Positions 46,261 through 56,554 of a stretch of DNA of 64,000 bases are shown piece by piece. The position numbers were made by a program, and so were the translations under genes. The notes under the pieces were generated by a model that was given only the letters and a program-made list of their open reading frames with translations, made no database searches and was not told where the DNA came from. The stretch is from an uncultured Chloroflexia bacterium (GTDB lineage: Bacteria > Chloroflexota > Limnocylindria > Limnocylindrales > CSP1-4), in the NCBI GenBank assembly GCA_963749705.1, contig CAVVNQ010000011.1, positions 63,634-127,633 on the forward strand, written 5' to 3'. Position 1 is the first letter of the stretch; every line of letters begins with the position of its first letter.

Positions 46261-48990
46261 ATGTCGCTCGCAACCAAGATCGCCGACCCCTCGTCCGACA
46301 TCCTCCACGTCGACCGTCACCCGCTCGACGCGATCTTCCATCCCCGGTCGGTGGCCGTGATCGGGGCGACCGAGAAGGCGGGTTCCGTGGGTCGCACGAT
46401 CCTGTGGAACCTGCTCTCGTCGCCGTTTGGCGGCACCGTCTACCCGGTCAACCCGACCCGCCCGGCAATCCTGGGCGTCAAGGCCTATCCGTCGATCGGC
46501 GCGATCGGCGAGCCGGTGGACCTGGCCGTGATCGTGACCCCGGCGGGGACCGCACCGGGCCTGGTCGAGGAGTGCGGCGAGGCGGGCGTCCGCGGCGTGA
46601 TCATCATCAGCGCCGGCTTCAAGGAGGTCGGCGAGGCGGGCGTCGAGCTCGAGCGACAGGTGCTCGCCGCGGCGCGCCGGTACGGGATCCGCGTCGTCGG
46701 CCCCAACTGCCTGGGCGTGATGAACCCGGTTGGCGGCTTCAATGCCACGTTCGCGGCGGGGATCGCGGCCGCGGGGCGGGTCGGGTTCGTGTCCCAGTCG
46801 GGCGCGCTGCTGACCGCGATCCTGGACTGGGCGGCCCACGAGGACGTCGGATTCAGCTCGATCGTGTCGCTGGGCTCGATGCTCGACGTGGGCTGGGGCG
46901 ACGTCATCGACTACCTGGGCGACGACCCAAACACCGACAGCATCGTCATCTACATGGAGACCATCGGCGACGCGCGCGCCTTCCTGTCATCCGCGCGCGA
47001 GGTGGCCCTGACCAAGCCGATCATCGTGATCAAGCCCGGTCGTACCGCGCAGGCGGCCAAGGCCGCCGCCTCGCACACGGGGTCGCTGACCGGGTCCGAC
47101 GACGTGCTCGACGCCGCGTTCCGGCGGGCCGGCGTGCTGCGCGTCAACTCGATCAGCGAGCTGTTCGAGGTGTCCGAGATCCTGGCCAAGCAGCCCCGGC
47201 CGGCAGGCCGGCGGCTCTCGATCGTGACCAACGCGGGCGGACCCGGCGTACTTGCGACCGATGCGCTGATCTCGGGCGGTGGCGAGCTGACCGAGCTCAC
47301 GCCCGAGACGATGGACCGCCTCAACGCGGTCCTGCCCTCGGTGTGGAGCCACAACAACCCGATCGACATCATCGGCGACGCCCCGCCCGAGCGATACGCG
47401 AAGGCGCTCGAGGTCGCCGCGGCGGATCCCGAGACGGACGGCCTCCTGGTGATCCTCACCCCCCAGGCGATGACCGACCCCACGGCGACGGCGCGGGCAC
47501 TGGTCAAGCACGCCCGGATCGAAGGCAAGCCGGTCCTCGCGTCGTGGATGGGCGGCGCGGACGTCGAGGAGGGGGCGGCGATCCTGCGCGCAGCCGGAAT
47601 CCCGACCTTTGCCTACCCGGACACGGCGTGCGTGCTGTTCAACCACATGTGGCGGTACGCGAACAACCTCAAGGCGCTGTACGAGACCCCGTCGCTGCCC
47701 GTCGCCCCGGAGCGCGGCGAGTTCCGCGAGGAGGTCGACCGGATCATCGCGGAGGTCAGCGCCGAGGGACGGACGCTGCTGACCGAGTACGAGAGCAAGA
47801 AGGTCCTGGCCGCGTACGGGATCCCGATCACCGACACCGAGCTCGCCCACACCCCGGAGGAGGCCTGTGCTGCTGCGGCGGACATCGGCTACCCGGTCGT
47901 CGCGAAGCTGCTCAGCCGGACCGTCACGCACAAGACCGACGTCGGTGGCGTGGTGCTCAACCTGCGCACCCCGGAGGCCGTCTGCGAAGCGTTCGAGACG
48001 ATCCGCGACTCGGTCACGGCCAAGGCCGGCGCCGAGCACTTCGAGGGCGTCACGATCCAGCCGATGATCAATTGGAGCGGGTACGAGCTGATCGTTGGCA
48101 GCAGCCCCGATCCGCAGTTCGGGCCGGTCCTCCTGTTCGGGATGGGCGGACAGCTGGTCGAGGTCTTCCGGGACCGGGCACTCGCGCTTCCCCCGCTCAA
48201 CACGACCCTGGCCAGGCGCCTGATCGAGCACACCAGGATCGCCACCGCGCTGCGCGGCGTGCGCGGTCGAAAGGCGATCGATGTCGACGTGCTCGCGGCG
48301 CTGCTGGTCCGGTTCAGCGAGCTGGTCGCGGAGCAGCCGCGGATCGCTGAGATCGACATCAACCCGCTGCTGGCCTCACCCGAGCGGATCATCGCCCTCG
48401 ACGCCCGTGTCGTCCTTCACCCGGCCACCATCGATGACGCGGACCTGCCGCGGCTCGCGATCCGGCCCTACCCGCACGACTATGCGCGCGACTACGTGAC
48501 CAGCGACGGCGTGCCGTTCGAGGTGCGCCCCATCCGGCCCGAGGACGAGCCCGGTCTCGCCCGGTTCCACGCGGCGCTGTCCCGCGAGACCGTCCAGGCC
48601 CGCTACGGCACCGACTTCGCCCTCGCCGAACGCACCGCGCACGAACGGCTGACCCGGATCTGCTTCGTCGACTACGACCGCGAGATCGTGCTCGTGGCCG
48701 AGCTGCCGACCGCCGACGGCCCGGTGATCGGGGGCATCGCGCGGCTGTCGCGCGTCCACGCCAGCGACGACAAGAGCCTGACCCTGATCGTGTCCGACGC
48801 CTGGCAGCGGCGCGGGATCGGCGCCCAGCTGGTTCGCTCCGCCATCGCGGTCAGCCGCAAGGAGCACGTCGGACGCGTCATCGCGCAGCTGTCGCCGGAC
48901 AACGCGCCGATGCACGAGCTGCTCGCAGAGCACGGGTTCTCGTTCGAGGATCGCGACGGGCTGGTGGTGGCGTCGCTGACGACGCGCTGA
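46261..48990 (+). CDS. Bifunctional acetate-CoA ligase family / GNAT protein (Pat-type lysine acetyltransferase)
   Basis: 'SVAVIGA', [30 protein letters not shown]; C-terminal GNAT 'DAWQRRGIG'. Confidence 0.93.
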   Translation: MSLATKIADPSSDILHVDRHPLDAIFHPRSVAVIGATEKAGSVGRTILWNLLSSPFGGTVYPVNPTRPAILGVKAYPSIGAIGEPVDLAVIVTPAGTAPGLVEECGEAGVRGVIIISAGFKEVGEAGVELERQVLAAARRYGIRVVGPNCLGVMNPVGGFNATFAAGIAAAGRVGFVSQSGALLTAILDWAAHEDVGFSSIVSLGSMLDVGWGDVIDYLGDDPNTDSIVIYMETIGDARAFLSSAREVALTKPIIVIKPGRTAQAAKAAASHTGSLTGSDDVLDAAFRRAGVLRVNSISELFEVSEILAKQPRPAGRRLSIVTNAGGPGVLATDALISGGGELTELTPETMDRLNAVLPSVWSHNNPIDIIGDAPPERYAKALEVAAADPETDGLLVILTPQAMTDPTATARALVKHARIEGKPVLASWMGGADVEEGAAILRAAGIPTFAYPDTACVLFNHMWRYANNLKALYETPSLPVAPERGEFREEVDRIIAEVSAEGRTLLTEYESKKVLAAYGIPITDTELAHTPEEACAAAADIGYPVVAKLLSRTVTHKTDVGGVVLNLRTPEAVCEAFETIRDSVTAKAGAEHFEGVTIQPMINWSGYELIVGSSPDPQFGPVLLFGMGGQLVEVFRDRALALPPLNTTLARRLIEHTRIATALRGVRGRKAIDVDVLAALLVRFSELVAEQPRIAEIDINPLLASPERIIALDARVVLHPATIDDADLPRLAIRPYPHDYARDYVTSDGVPFEVRPIRPEDEPGLARFHAALSRETVQARYGTDFALAERTAHERLTRICFVDYDREIVLVAELPTADGPVIGGIARLSRVHASDDKSLTLIVSDAWQRRGIGAQLVRSAIAVSRKEHVGRVIAQLSPDNAPMHELLAEHGFSFEDRDGLVVASLTTR

Positions 48991-49065
48991 GTCGCGGCAG
49001 GAAGCCTCCATCGGGGGTCGTTCCGGCGGCGTTGACAGGGCCGGCATGACGTGGAGACTCTCCGC

Positions 49066-49398
49066 ATGAGGATCGTGCCGGTCGCACGCGCGCTGGCCCT
49101 CGCGGGAGTGGTCCTCGTGGTATCCGCCAGCGGGACGTCCGAGGACCCGGGTCCCATGGCGTGCGGCGACTGGCTGGTCCTGTCGTCAGATCAGCGACTG
49201 GCGCTGACCTCCCAGGTGATCGGCAGTGCGGACCAGGTCGTGGCTCGCATCCGCGCCGTTGCTGCCCGCGGTGGCGTGGATGTGGGGACGCGCGCGACGC
49301 TCGTCGCGTGGGTCGAGGGGAGCCTCACCAAGAACTGCGAGATCTGGCCGCCGCGCACGCGGTCGGTCCGCGCGACCTTCGACGCGCTCTATCCGTAG
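49066..49398 (+). CDS. Small secreted hypothetical protein with two Cys
   Basis: Signal peptide; 'MACGDWL...NCE'; upstream TTGACA...GAGACT-6nt-ATG. Confidence 0.55.
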   Translation: MRIVPVARALALAGVVLVVSASGTSEDPGPMACGDWLVLSSDQRLALTSQVIGSADQVVARIRAVAARGGVDVGTRATLVAWVEGSLTKNCEIWPPRTRSVRATFDALYP

Positions 49399-49466
49399 CG
49401 GCCGATCCCTTCCTGGGCCGGCTCGGCGGGGTCGGCCGGCCCAGCTTGCAGTGTCCGCCTCGCTGC

Positions 49467-50777
49467 TCAGTGGTCGGTGGACGATGATCCCGTTGATGCC
49501 GTTGATCCCGGCGATCCGGACGATCCGGACGACGGGGACGTCCAGCCGAGCAGGTCCCTGATCTCCACGGCGATCTCCGCCGGGGGGCGATCGCCGATGA
49601 CCGTCGCATCCTCCAGGCCCTTCCCCACCCCGTCGCGCAGCCAACGGCGCGCGACCGCCAGGTCGTCGGCGCGCGAGCCGTTGGGATCGCCCGTGAGCCG
49701 CCGCTCGATCTCGGCCTCGGGGATCTCGAGCCGGACCACCGTGACCGGCATCGCCAGGGCGTCGCGGATCGCCTGAAGCTGCGCGGCGCTCGGGAGCGCG
49801 TACGCAAGGACGAGCCGATCGACCCCGGCCCCAACGTACGTGTCGCGGACGGCGCGCAGGTTCGCGAATGTGATCCGCGGATCCTCGTGCTCGTCGTGAC
49901 CGAGGTCCGCGCCGTACCAGCCCAGCCAGTCGAGGTCGATGGCTGCCACGCCGACGCCATCGGCGCCCGCCACGTCGACGAGCTCGATCGCGACCGTCGT
50001 CTTGCCGGATCCGTATGGGCCCGCGAGCAGGACGGCGGCGGCGCCCGGGCCCGCGACGGGTGACGCGATGTCCGCGCGCCGGGACCCGTCCCTGGGTGTG
50101 GCGCGGCCGGCAAGCGCCTCCGCGCCCATGTCCACCGACGCCCGGTGTGCATCGGTCAGCAGGTGCCGCCGGTCGTGGCTCGACGCATGGGCAAAGCCGG
50201 CAAGGTCGGTCATCAGGTCGTGGAGCCTGGCCAGCTGGCGCGCCTCGATCTCTGACCATGCCGCGATGCCGGTCCCGGCGCGCATCAGCGGCAACAGGTG
50301 GTCCAGGCACAGCGGCGCAGCCGCGACCGCCTCGGCCCACGCCGGCTCGGCGGTCAGCCGGACCAGACCCTCGATCAGCCCGGCCTCGGTCCGCGTCACC
50401 CGGGCACAGACCGGGCAGGCCGGCGGGCGCGCCGCCGCGTCGAGCCGCTTCGACCGTGACCGCCCACCGGCCCGATGCACGGCAGCCAGCTCCGCGAGCC
50501 GGACCCGAAGCGTCGCCCGGAGCAGGATCGCCGCCCCGAGACTCCCCGCGCGGCGCCGATCGACGTCCAGGATCGCCCTGGAGTGCCTGGCACAGAACCC
50601 GCGGGCCGCGTCCAGGTCCGCTCGGAACCCGACGTCGTTGACGCTCTCCGCGAGGATCGCCTCGAGGAACGCCGCCTCGGTGCGCGCGCGCTCGCGGCAC
50701 AGCGGGCAGCCGGGCATCCCGAACGCATCGGCAAGGTGGATGTCGGAGCTGCTGTGGACCGGGAGCTGCGACGTCAC
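49467..50777 (-). CDS. DUF6062-like Cys/His protein fused to a P-loop kinase domain
   Basis: CPLC...SVND...GFCARH, CPVC...LCLDH; then GPYGSGKT. Confidence 0.75.
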   Translation of the reverse strand: MTSQLPVHSSSDIHLADAFGMPGCPLCRERARTEAAFLEAILAESVNDVGFRADLDAARGFCARHSRAILDVDRRRAGSLGAAILLRATLRVRLAELAAVHRAGGRSRSKRLDAAARPPACPVCARVTRTEAGLIEGLVRLTAEPAWAEAVAAAPLCLDHLLPLMRAGTGIAAWSEIEARQLARLHDLMTDLAGFAHASSHDRRHLLTDAHRASVDMGAEALAGRATPRDGSRRADIASPVAGPGAAAVLLAGPYGSGKTTVAIELVDVAGADGVGVAAIDLDWLGWYGADLGHDEHEDPRITFANLRAVRDTYVGAGVDRLVLAYALPSAAQLQAIRDALAMPVTVVRLEIPEAEIERRLTGDPNGSRADDLAVARRWLRDGVGKGLEDATVIGDRPPAEIAVEIRDLLGWTSPSSGSSGSPGSTASTGSSSTDH

Positions 50778-51154
50778 GCGGGCGCCGATCCCTCGCGCGC
50801 GTCCACCCCGGAGCTGCGAGCGGTGGCGCCCAGCAGGTAGAGCGCCAACGTCAGCGGTGACGTGGCCCGGATCGAGTGTTTCGTATTCGCCGGCATGTGG
50901 ATCCAGGCACCCGGGCCGAGCGAGCGCCGCAGCTCGCCGACCGTGACGTCGGCGTCGCCGGTCAGCACGTGGACCACGGCGGGCCGGGCGGCGGTGTGCT
51001 CGGACAGCTCCTCGCCCACCGCGAAGCCGAACAGCACCAGCCGCAGATCGTCGCCGTCGTGGATCGTCAGGCTCAGGATCCCGTGTGGCGGCGGCGCCAC
51101 CTCGGCGAGCAGATCATCGATGACATGGGCCGCAACGGTCACCACCGGCATCAC
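50774..51154 (-). CDS. Cupin domain protein
   Basis: 'LSEHTA..PA.VHVL.G', 'MPANTKHSI'. Confidence 0.9.
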   Translation of the reverse strand: MMPVVTVAAHVIDDLLAEVAPPPHGILSLTIHDGDDLRLVLFGFAVGEELSEHTAARPAVVHVLTGDADVTVGELRRSLGPGAWIHMPANTKHSIRATSPLTLALYLLGATARSSGVDAREGSAPA

Positions 51155-51646
51155 CTCCTTCGCGGAGCCTACCGCCGATGGCGGCCACCGGCGTAGCGTG
51201 GCTGCGTGCTGCCAGGCACCGCCAACGACGGCAACAGCATCGGGGCGGGGACGGCTTGCGGACCGGGTGATAATGGTCTGGACAACCCATCCTCCCCCTC
51301 GGAGGTCGTCCCCGGGAGGTCACCGAGACATGACGATGCGAACGGCTGGTTGGCCGGGCTCGCAACGACGCTGGCAGGCCCGGCGTCGGCTGACCGCGAG
51401 CGAAGACGCATCGCACGGCGCTTCCAACACGGTGACAGTCCCCCGAGCGGGCAACATCTCGAGCGACGCCCGGGCGGGCAGACTGGCGCGGTCGCGGGGA
51501 TGAGCACATCGACTCCGTGACCCGACAGGGCCGAGCGCGTGCAGGCCCTTCATCATCGATCATCGAGGCCGTCGCGAGGGCGACGGCCTTTCGCATTCCC
51601 GCGTTCCGGACCCGGGCCGTCAGATCACGATCGCTACCATCTCCGC

Positions 51647-52507
51647 ATGCGTGACCCAGACCCCGCCGAGACCCGCAACGTCCGTCCCGCGACACCGGCC
51701 GAGGCCATGGACGTCCGGGCGATGCACGCGGCCAACCGAGCCGCGTGGGACGAGGCGGCCGAGCGATACGAGGGCTGGTTCGACGAGGCCGTCGCGCTGA
51801 TCCGGTCGGGTGGCTCCAACCTGCTCCCGGTCGAGGCCGACCTCATCGGCGACCTCCACGGAAGGTGCCGCCGGGCGATCCATCTCCAGTGCGCCGGCGG
51901 CCGCGACACGCTGTCGCTGTGGAACCTGGGCGCGGACGAGGTCGTGGGCGTCGACTTCAGCCCGCGCATGCTCGACCTCGCCGCCCGGCTGACAGCAGCG
52001 ACGGGGGCACCTGCGAAATGGATCGAGAGCGACGTCCTGGACACGCCGCACGATCTCGACGGCACCGGGGACCTCGTGTACACCGGCCGCGGGGCGATCA
52101 TCTGGCTCCAGGACCTCGACGCGTGGGCCGCGGTGCTGCGGCGCCTCCTCTCCCCTGCCGGGAGGCTCGTGATCTTCGACGGCCACCCGGCGGAATGGCT
52201 GTTCGATGCCGCCGCCGACGGGCATTGGATGCTGACGGACTACGACTACTTCGCGGGCCCGGAGGCCTCGAGGGGTTGGGCACCCGAGTACATCGACCAC
52301 ATCTCCGTCCCCGAGGACGACCAGGCCTGGAAGTTCGCCCGCGCGTGGACCCTGGGCCAGGTCGTGACGGCGCTCCTCGGCGCCGGGCTGCGCGTGGAGC
52401 AGGTTGCGGAGCACCCGGTGGACTGGTGGGCCGGCCACCGTGACGTGCGGCCGGAGGAACGGGGACGCGTGCCGCTTTCGTTCTCGGTCGTCGCACGACG
52501 GGATTGA
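51647..52507 (+). CDS. Class I SAM-dependent methyltransferase
   Basis: 'NRAAWDE', 'HLQCAGGRDTLS', 'GVDFS', 'DGHP'. Confidence 0.92.
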   Translation: MRDPDPAETRNVRPATPAEAMDVRAMHAANRAAWDEAAERYEGWFDEAVALIRSGGSNLLPVEADLIGDLHGRCRRAIHLQCAGGRDTLSLWNLGADEVVGVDFSPRMLDLAARLTAATGAPAKWIESDVLDTPHDLDGTGDLVYTGRGAIIWLQDLDAWAAVLRRLLSPAGRLVIFDGHPAEWLFDAAADGHWMLTDYDYFAGPEASRGWAPEYIDHISVPEDDQAWKFARAWTLGQVVTALLGAGLRVEQVAEHPVDWWAGHRDVRPEERGRVPLSFSVVARRD

Positions 52508-52538
52508 CGGCAACCAGCCGCACGCCCACGATGTCGCC

Positions 52539-52799
52539 GTGGACGACGACGCCCCCGACGACGAGCTCGACGAAGACGTCCTGACCGACGACGAGGACCT
52601 CGACCTCGTGCTGGATCCGCGCGAGGCGGCGCGCGACCGCCGGCGAGACCGCGAGGCCGAGGCGGAGCGCCGCGCCCTGATGCGACCGGGGATGGGCAAG
52701 GTGTTCAAGCAGATCACCGACGCATGGGGCGAGCGGGCCGCTTCCGATCAGAATCGTGCTCGGAAGGGGGCTGCAAGGGGCCACGACAGGCCCCAGTAG
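52539..52799 (+). CDS. Small acidic/basic hypothetical protein (start uncertain)
   Basis: Asp/Glu-rich N-terminus, then 'LMRPGMGKVFKQITDAW'; codon pattern looks coding. Confidence 0.5.
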   Translation: MDDDAPDDELDEDVLTDDEDLDLVLDPREAARDRRRDREAEAERRALMRPGMGKVFKQITDAWGERAASDQNRARKGAARGHDRPQ

Positions 52800-53076
52800 C
52801 GTCGCCGTGAGTGCAGGCGTGAGTGCAGATTGCGGGGGATCGGGGCGCTGCGCCGCACCGGCGCCGCCCGCAGCCCCGGCGACCTGGCGCGAGTGCCTCA
52901 GGCCCGGCCCGGCGGCCTCGAGATGGGGGATCCCCCGCCCACGCCTGATCATCGCCGCGATGGGGGTGACCCAGGAGCGATCACTGCCGGCTCGCCTCGA
53001 CGGCGGATCCCCGCCCGCCATCCGCGGACCTTCGGACTCTTGCGGATCGCGCCACCTATGCGGAGACTCCCGGGCA

Positions 53077-53613
53077 GTGGAGGAAGCATCGGTCGGAAAG
53101 GATCGCCGCCCCAACCTCACGGCTGGTGACGCCCTTCTTCATCCGCTCGCGGTGGGCGCGCTCTGCTTGCTCGTGCTCAACGACCACTTCCTGAAGGCTG
53201 CCTGGCCGGGCCTCGTGACCGGCAAGCTGTCCGACGTCGCCGGGCTCGCCTTCTTCCCGATCCTCCTCGTCAGCGGCTTTGAGCTTGCGCTCCGGGCGAT
53301 CCGGAGATGGCACGGCCCCGATGTTCGAGTGCTGGTACTGGCAGTGCTCGTCTCGACCGCGGGGTTCGTCGTCATCAAGACCCTGCCCTCGACCACGGCG
53401 ATCTTCGGCTGGACACTCGGTCTGGCCCAGTGGCTGCTCGGGTTGCCGATCCAAACGGTCGCCGGTCTGCCGCCGGCGCCTCTCCGGCCTGTGGTGGTGG
53501 TCGCGGACCCGACCGACCTCATCGCTCTGCCGGCCATGGTGCTGGCCATCTGGGTGGGCCGATCTCGTCTCCGGATGGCTGGGCGGGTCAGCGACGTGGC
53601 GTCGTCGCCGTGA
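53077..53613 (+). CDS. Conserved-looking membrane protein
   Basis: 'LLVLNDHFLK..WPG.VTGKLSDVAGL', 'DPTDLIAL'; start uncertain. Confidence 0.72.
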   Translation: MEEASVGKDRRPNLTAGDALLHPLAVGALCLLVLNDHFLKAAWPGLVTGKLSDVAGLAFFPILLVSGFELALRAIRRWHGPDVRVLVLAVLVSTAGFVVIKTLPSTTAIFGWTLGLAQWLLGLPIQTVAGLPPAPLRPVVVVADPTDLIALPAMVLAIWVGRSRLRMAGRVSDVASSP

Positions 53614-54287
53614 ACGTCGAGGCGGGACCGCTCGTCACGAACGGGTCGGCTCCGGCGGGCGACCGTTCACCCGGGGACCGGCCGCCCAGTCGGCTGCGGA
53701 CATTGCTTCGGACCGTCGCCGTGATCGCCCTGATCCTGGGTGTGGTGGCGGTTCTCGGCGTCGTCGCACTCGTGCTCTCGTTCCAGTCGGCGTTCCCGCC
53801 AATGCGGGAGGTCCCGGCGTCGGTCGCGTGGCAGAGCCATGATCTCGTCCTGTCCGACGATCACGCCGTGGTCCACGGTCGCCTGACCCTGAGCATGACG
53901 GGGGCGCCCACGTCGAAGCTCCGCGTCGGCCTGAACGCCGGCGTACCTGCGATCGCGCCTGGGACAGCGCCGTCATCGTCAACCCTGGATCCTGCGGCGC
54001 TCCTCGCGACTCCGTCGGTGCGCCTCACTGCCGTGATGGCCTCCGGGCGATCCGAGGGCTGCTATGCCCCGTGCGAGCTCGAGCTGCCCCTGACGCAGCA
54101 GTGCGCGTCGGCCTGTCAGGTCGACTACGACATCGCTGTCGAGCTCGTCGCCGGCGAGACGTCGACGCCCCAGGTGGTGAGGATTGGTGTCGCTGGCGGC
54201 GCGACGGCCCCACTCGACGAGCACCTGCCGGAGGGATTCAAGGTCGACCTCGCCTTCGACCAGGCGGCCACCCCCGAGGGCAGTTGA
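53610..54287 (+). CDS. Membrane-anchored hypothetical protein with a Cys-containing beta-rich domain
   Basis: GTGA overlap; single TM; 'GCYAPC...CASAC'. Confidence 0.65.
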   Translation: MNVEAGPLVTNGSAPAGDRSPGDRPPSRLRTLLRTVAVIALILGVVAVLGVVALVLSFQSAFPPMREVPASVAWQSHDLVLSDDHAVVHGRLTLSMTGAPTSKLRVGLNAGVPAIAPGTAPSSSTLDPAALLATPSVRLTAVMASGRSEGCYAPCELELPLTQQCASACQVDYDIAVELVAGETSTPQVVRIGVAGGATAPLDEHLPEGFKVDLAFDQAATPEGS

Positions 54288-54288
54288 C

Positions 54289-55866
54289 ATGGCCCTTCGA
54301 TTCCGCCGTCGGCTGCGCCAACTCGCGGTCCTCGCCCTCTTCGCCGTCGGGGTGGTGGCCACCGCCGCAACGAGCCAGCCCTCGAAGCTCATCGACATCA
54401 CGCCGGTCAGCACGACATTCAGCCTCAATTCGGCGCATCCGGCGGCGATGTCCCGAATCGTCGTGCGCCTGAACGCCGAGGCGACGTCGGGCAACCCCTA
54501 TCTGAATGCCTACATCGCCGCTGACCGCATGGAGTCGACCAGCGATCTCGCGGGCCCCGCATCGTCGGGCGCGTCCGACCGTGTTCGGTTCATCGTCGCC
54601 TCGGCAGTGCCAAACGGGGCGCCGTCAACGAGCGCGACCCCGGAGCCTGATGTCAAGCCGGCACCCTCGCCATGGCAGCAGGAAGCGTCACCGCCCTTCA
54701 GCGTGACCCTACCGGTCGACTGCACCCGGGCGATCGGACCGTGCGAGCGGGCGTTCTGGCTGATCGCCGAGCTGACGGACGCGCAGGCTGGCGCGGTCGA
54801 CGTCCACTGGACAGTCACGGGCGCCCTCAACCTCGTGGGCAACAACTGGCCGTCCGGCGCCGCGGCCACGGTCGACGTCGGCGACCCGATCGTCCTGGCT
54901 GGACCGGTCCCGCTCCTCGCCACCTCGAGCGAGACCGAGTCGCTGACCCTCGGACCGCACCGACCCGCTGCCGCCCGGCTCGTCGAGGTCAGAGTCGGCG
55001 CCGCCGCGATCCCGGGAGACGGGAGCCGTGTCGGCGCGCTCTCACTCAACGTGAACGCTCCGCCCCGCTCTCCCGGGACAGGCTTGCGCCCGCTCGTGGT
55101 CCAGGTCTATCCGATCGATGGGCCCAACGCTGCAAGCCCCGACGCCCACACTCCTCCGCTGTCGCCAATCGACGCGGATCTCGACCCCTTCGCGGGCTGC
55201 CAACCGCATGCCGACTGTATCCGCCACTTCCTTGTCACGATGGCCTGGACCGGTGACACCGGCGCGAGCGAGCCCGTCGACTGGAGCCTGACCGTCCGCC
55301 GCGCCGACCTCGTTCACGTGTGGTCGACACCCGCTGACCTGTCGGCCCGCGTGGTGCGCCGCTTCGACGTGGCTCCGGACCAGAAGCCAGCCACCGTGCA
55401 CCTCGAGGGGGATGCCACGGCCGGCGCGTTCGATGCTGCGCCGCAGGTCCGCGTGGCCGTCGAGACCCACGTGACCACGAACGACCCGCTTGCGCTCCTC
55501 CTGCCGATCCCCGGGCTCATGAAGTACCAGGCGCAGGTGACGACGCCGCTACCGTTCCCGACGGGCGGCGACCGGCTGTCCACCGAGATCACCACGCAGA
55601 ACAGCGACGGAGGCAGGAGATCGCTCTACATGCCATTCGTCGATTCGAGCATCGGCACCACCGCCGGCGTCTTCGCGGCCCAGTACACCGGCTGCCGTCT
55701 CAGCGGCGTCGTCGAGGTCTGTCCTATGGTCGAGCTCCAGACGCGTGTAAGCCCGAAGGACACTGGTGCACCGCTGCCAGCGGTCGCGTTCCACTGGAGC
55801 GCCGACGTGACCGTGTACTCGTACGTCGACATTCCGATCACGGTGTCAGCGAAGGTGCTCCGCTAG
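54289..55866 (+). CDS. Secreted hypothetical protein with three Cys-pair beta-rich repeats
   Basis: Signal peptide; three segments each with C-x6..9-C followed by V.W. Confidence 0.7.
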   Translation: MALRFRRRLRQLAVLALFAVGVVATAATSQPSKLIDITPVSTTFSLNSAHPAAMSRIVVRLNAEATSGNPYLNAYIAADRMESTSDLAGPASSGASDRVRFIVASAVPNGAPSTSATPEPDVKPAPSPWQQEASPPFSVTLPVDCTRAIGPCERAFWLIAELTDAQAGAVDVHWTVTGALNLVGNNWPSGAAATVDVGDPIVLAGPVPLLATSSETESLTLGPHRPAAARLVEVRVGAAAIPGDGSRVGALSLNVNAPPRSPGTGLRPLVVQVYPIDGPNAASPDAHTPPLSPIDADLDPFAGCQPHADCIRHFLVTMAWTGDTGASEPVDWSLTVRRADLVHVWSTPADLSARVVRRFDVAPDQKPATVHLEGDATAGAFDAAPQVRVAVETHVTTNDPLALLLPIPGLMKYQAQVTTPLPFPTGGDRLSTEITTQNSDGGRRSLYMPFVDSSIGTTAGVFAAQYTGCRLSGVVEVCPMVELQTRVSPKDTGAPLPAVAFHWSADVTVYSYVDIPITVSAKVLR

Positions 55867-56065
55867 AGCGGCGCCGGTCCGATCGGCAGGGCGGTGTCTT
55901 GATTCCAGGCGGTCAGCGGATACTCCCCACGGCAACTCCCCGGTGCGGCAGCCGATGTGGATTCTGTGGACGGAAGCCCCGTCTGCCAGACGGTCGTCTT
56001 CCCGTCGTTCGCATCAAGAAGAGGGCCGAGGACTTCGGCACCCGCGCAACGACCGGCGTGGACCG

Positions 56066-56353
56066 CTACGATCGAGCGCGCGTCCTCAACGAGTAGCCCA
56101 GGGTCAGGGTGAGCGCAACAGCCCCGACAGCGATGACTCCACCGAGGCCCGCGACTGCGCCGACAAGCCAGGCTGTCCCCATCGTTGCTAATACGATCGC
56201 CGCCCACCGAACACCTTCATGGTTGACGGGCGGATCGAACTTGCGGCTGCTCGAAACGCGGAGCCAGACGAGGATCGCACCCGATACGGCGAACATCAGC
56301 AAGCCGGTGGCGGCTGCCGGCCAACCCTGTCCCGCGAACCAACCTTCAGCCAT
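56066..56353 (-). CDS. Small membrane hypothetical protein
   Basis: Three hydrophobic segments; atypical codon usage. Confidence 0.45.
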   Translation of the reverse strand: MAEGWFAGQGWPAAATGLLMFAVSGAILVWLRVSSSRKFDPPVNHEGVRWAAIVLATMGTAWLVGAVAGLGGVIAVGAVALTLTLGYSLRTRARS

Positions 56354-56554
56354 CAACCACCCCCAGCGTTCCTGCACCGCGACGATCGATCACTCGGATC
56401 CGACCGGAGAATGCTCCGACATCGTCGTTCGCACAAGGGCTGCCGGGCGCCCACGCCGATCAGCGTGCCCTGCTTGTCCACGCGTCCTGCCGGTTTCAGT
56501 GCGCGCTTGGGGGGTGCTGAGGGGCCACAGTAGCCTCGCCGCGAAACCGGGTCG

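Noticed and set aside
51330-51503. 57-aa ORF MTMRTAGWPGSQRR... after GGAGG
   Set aside because: No recognisable motif, long SD spacing and weak codon bias.
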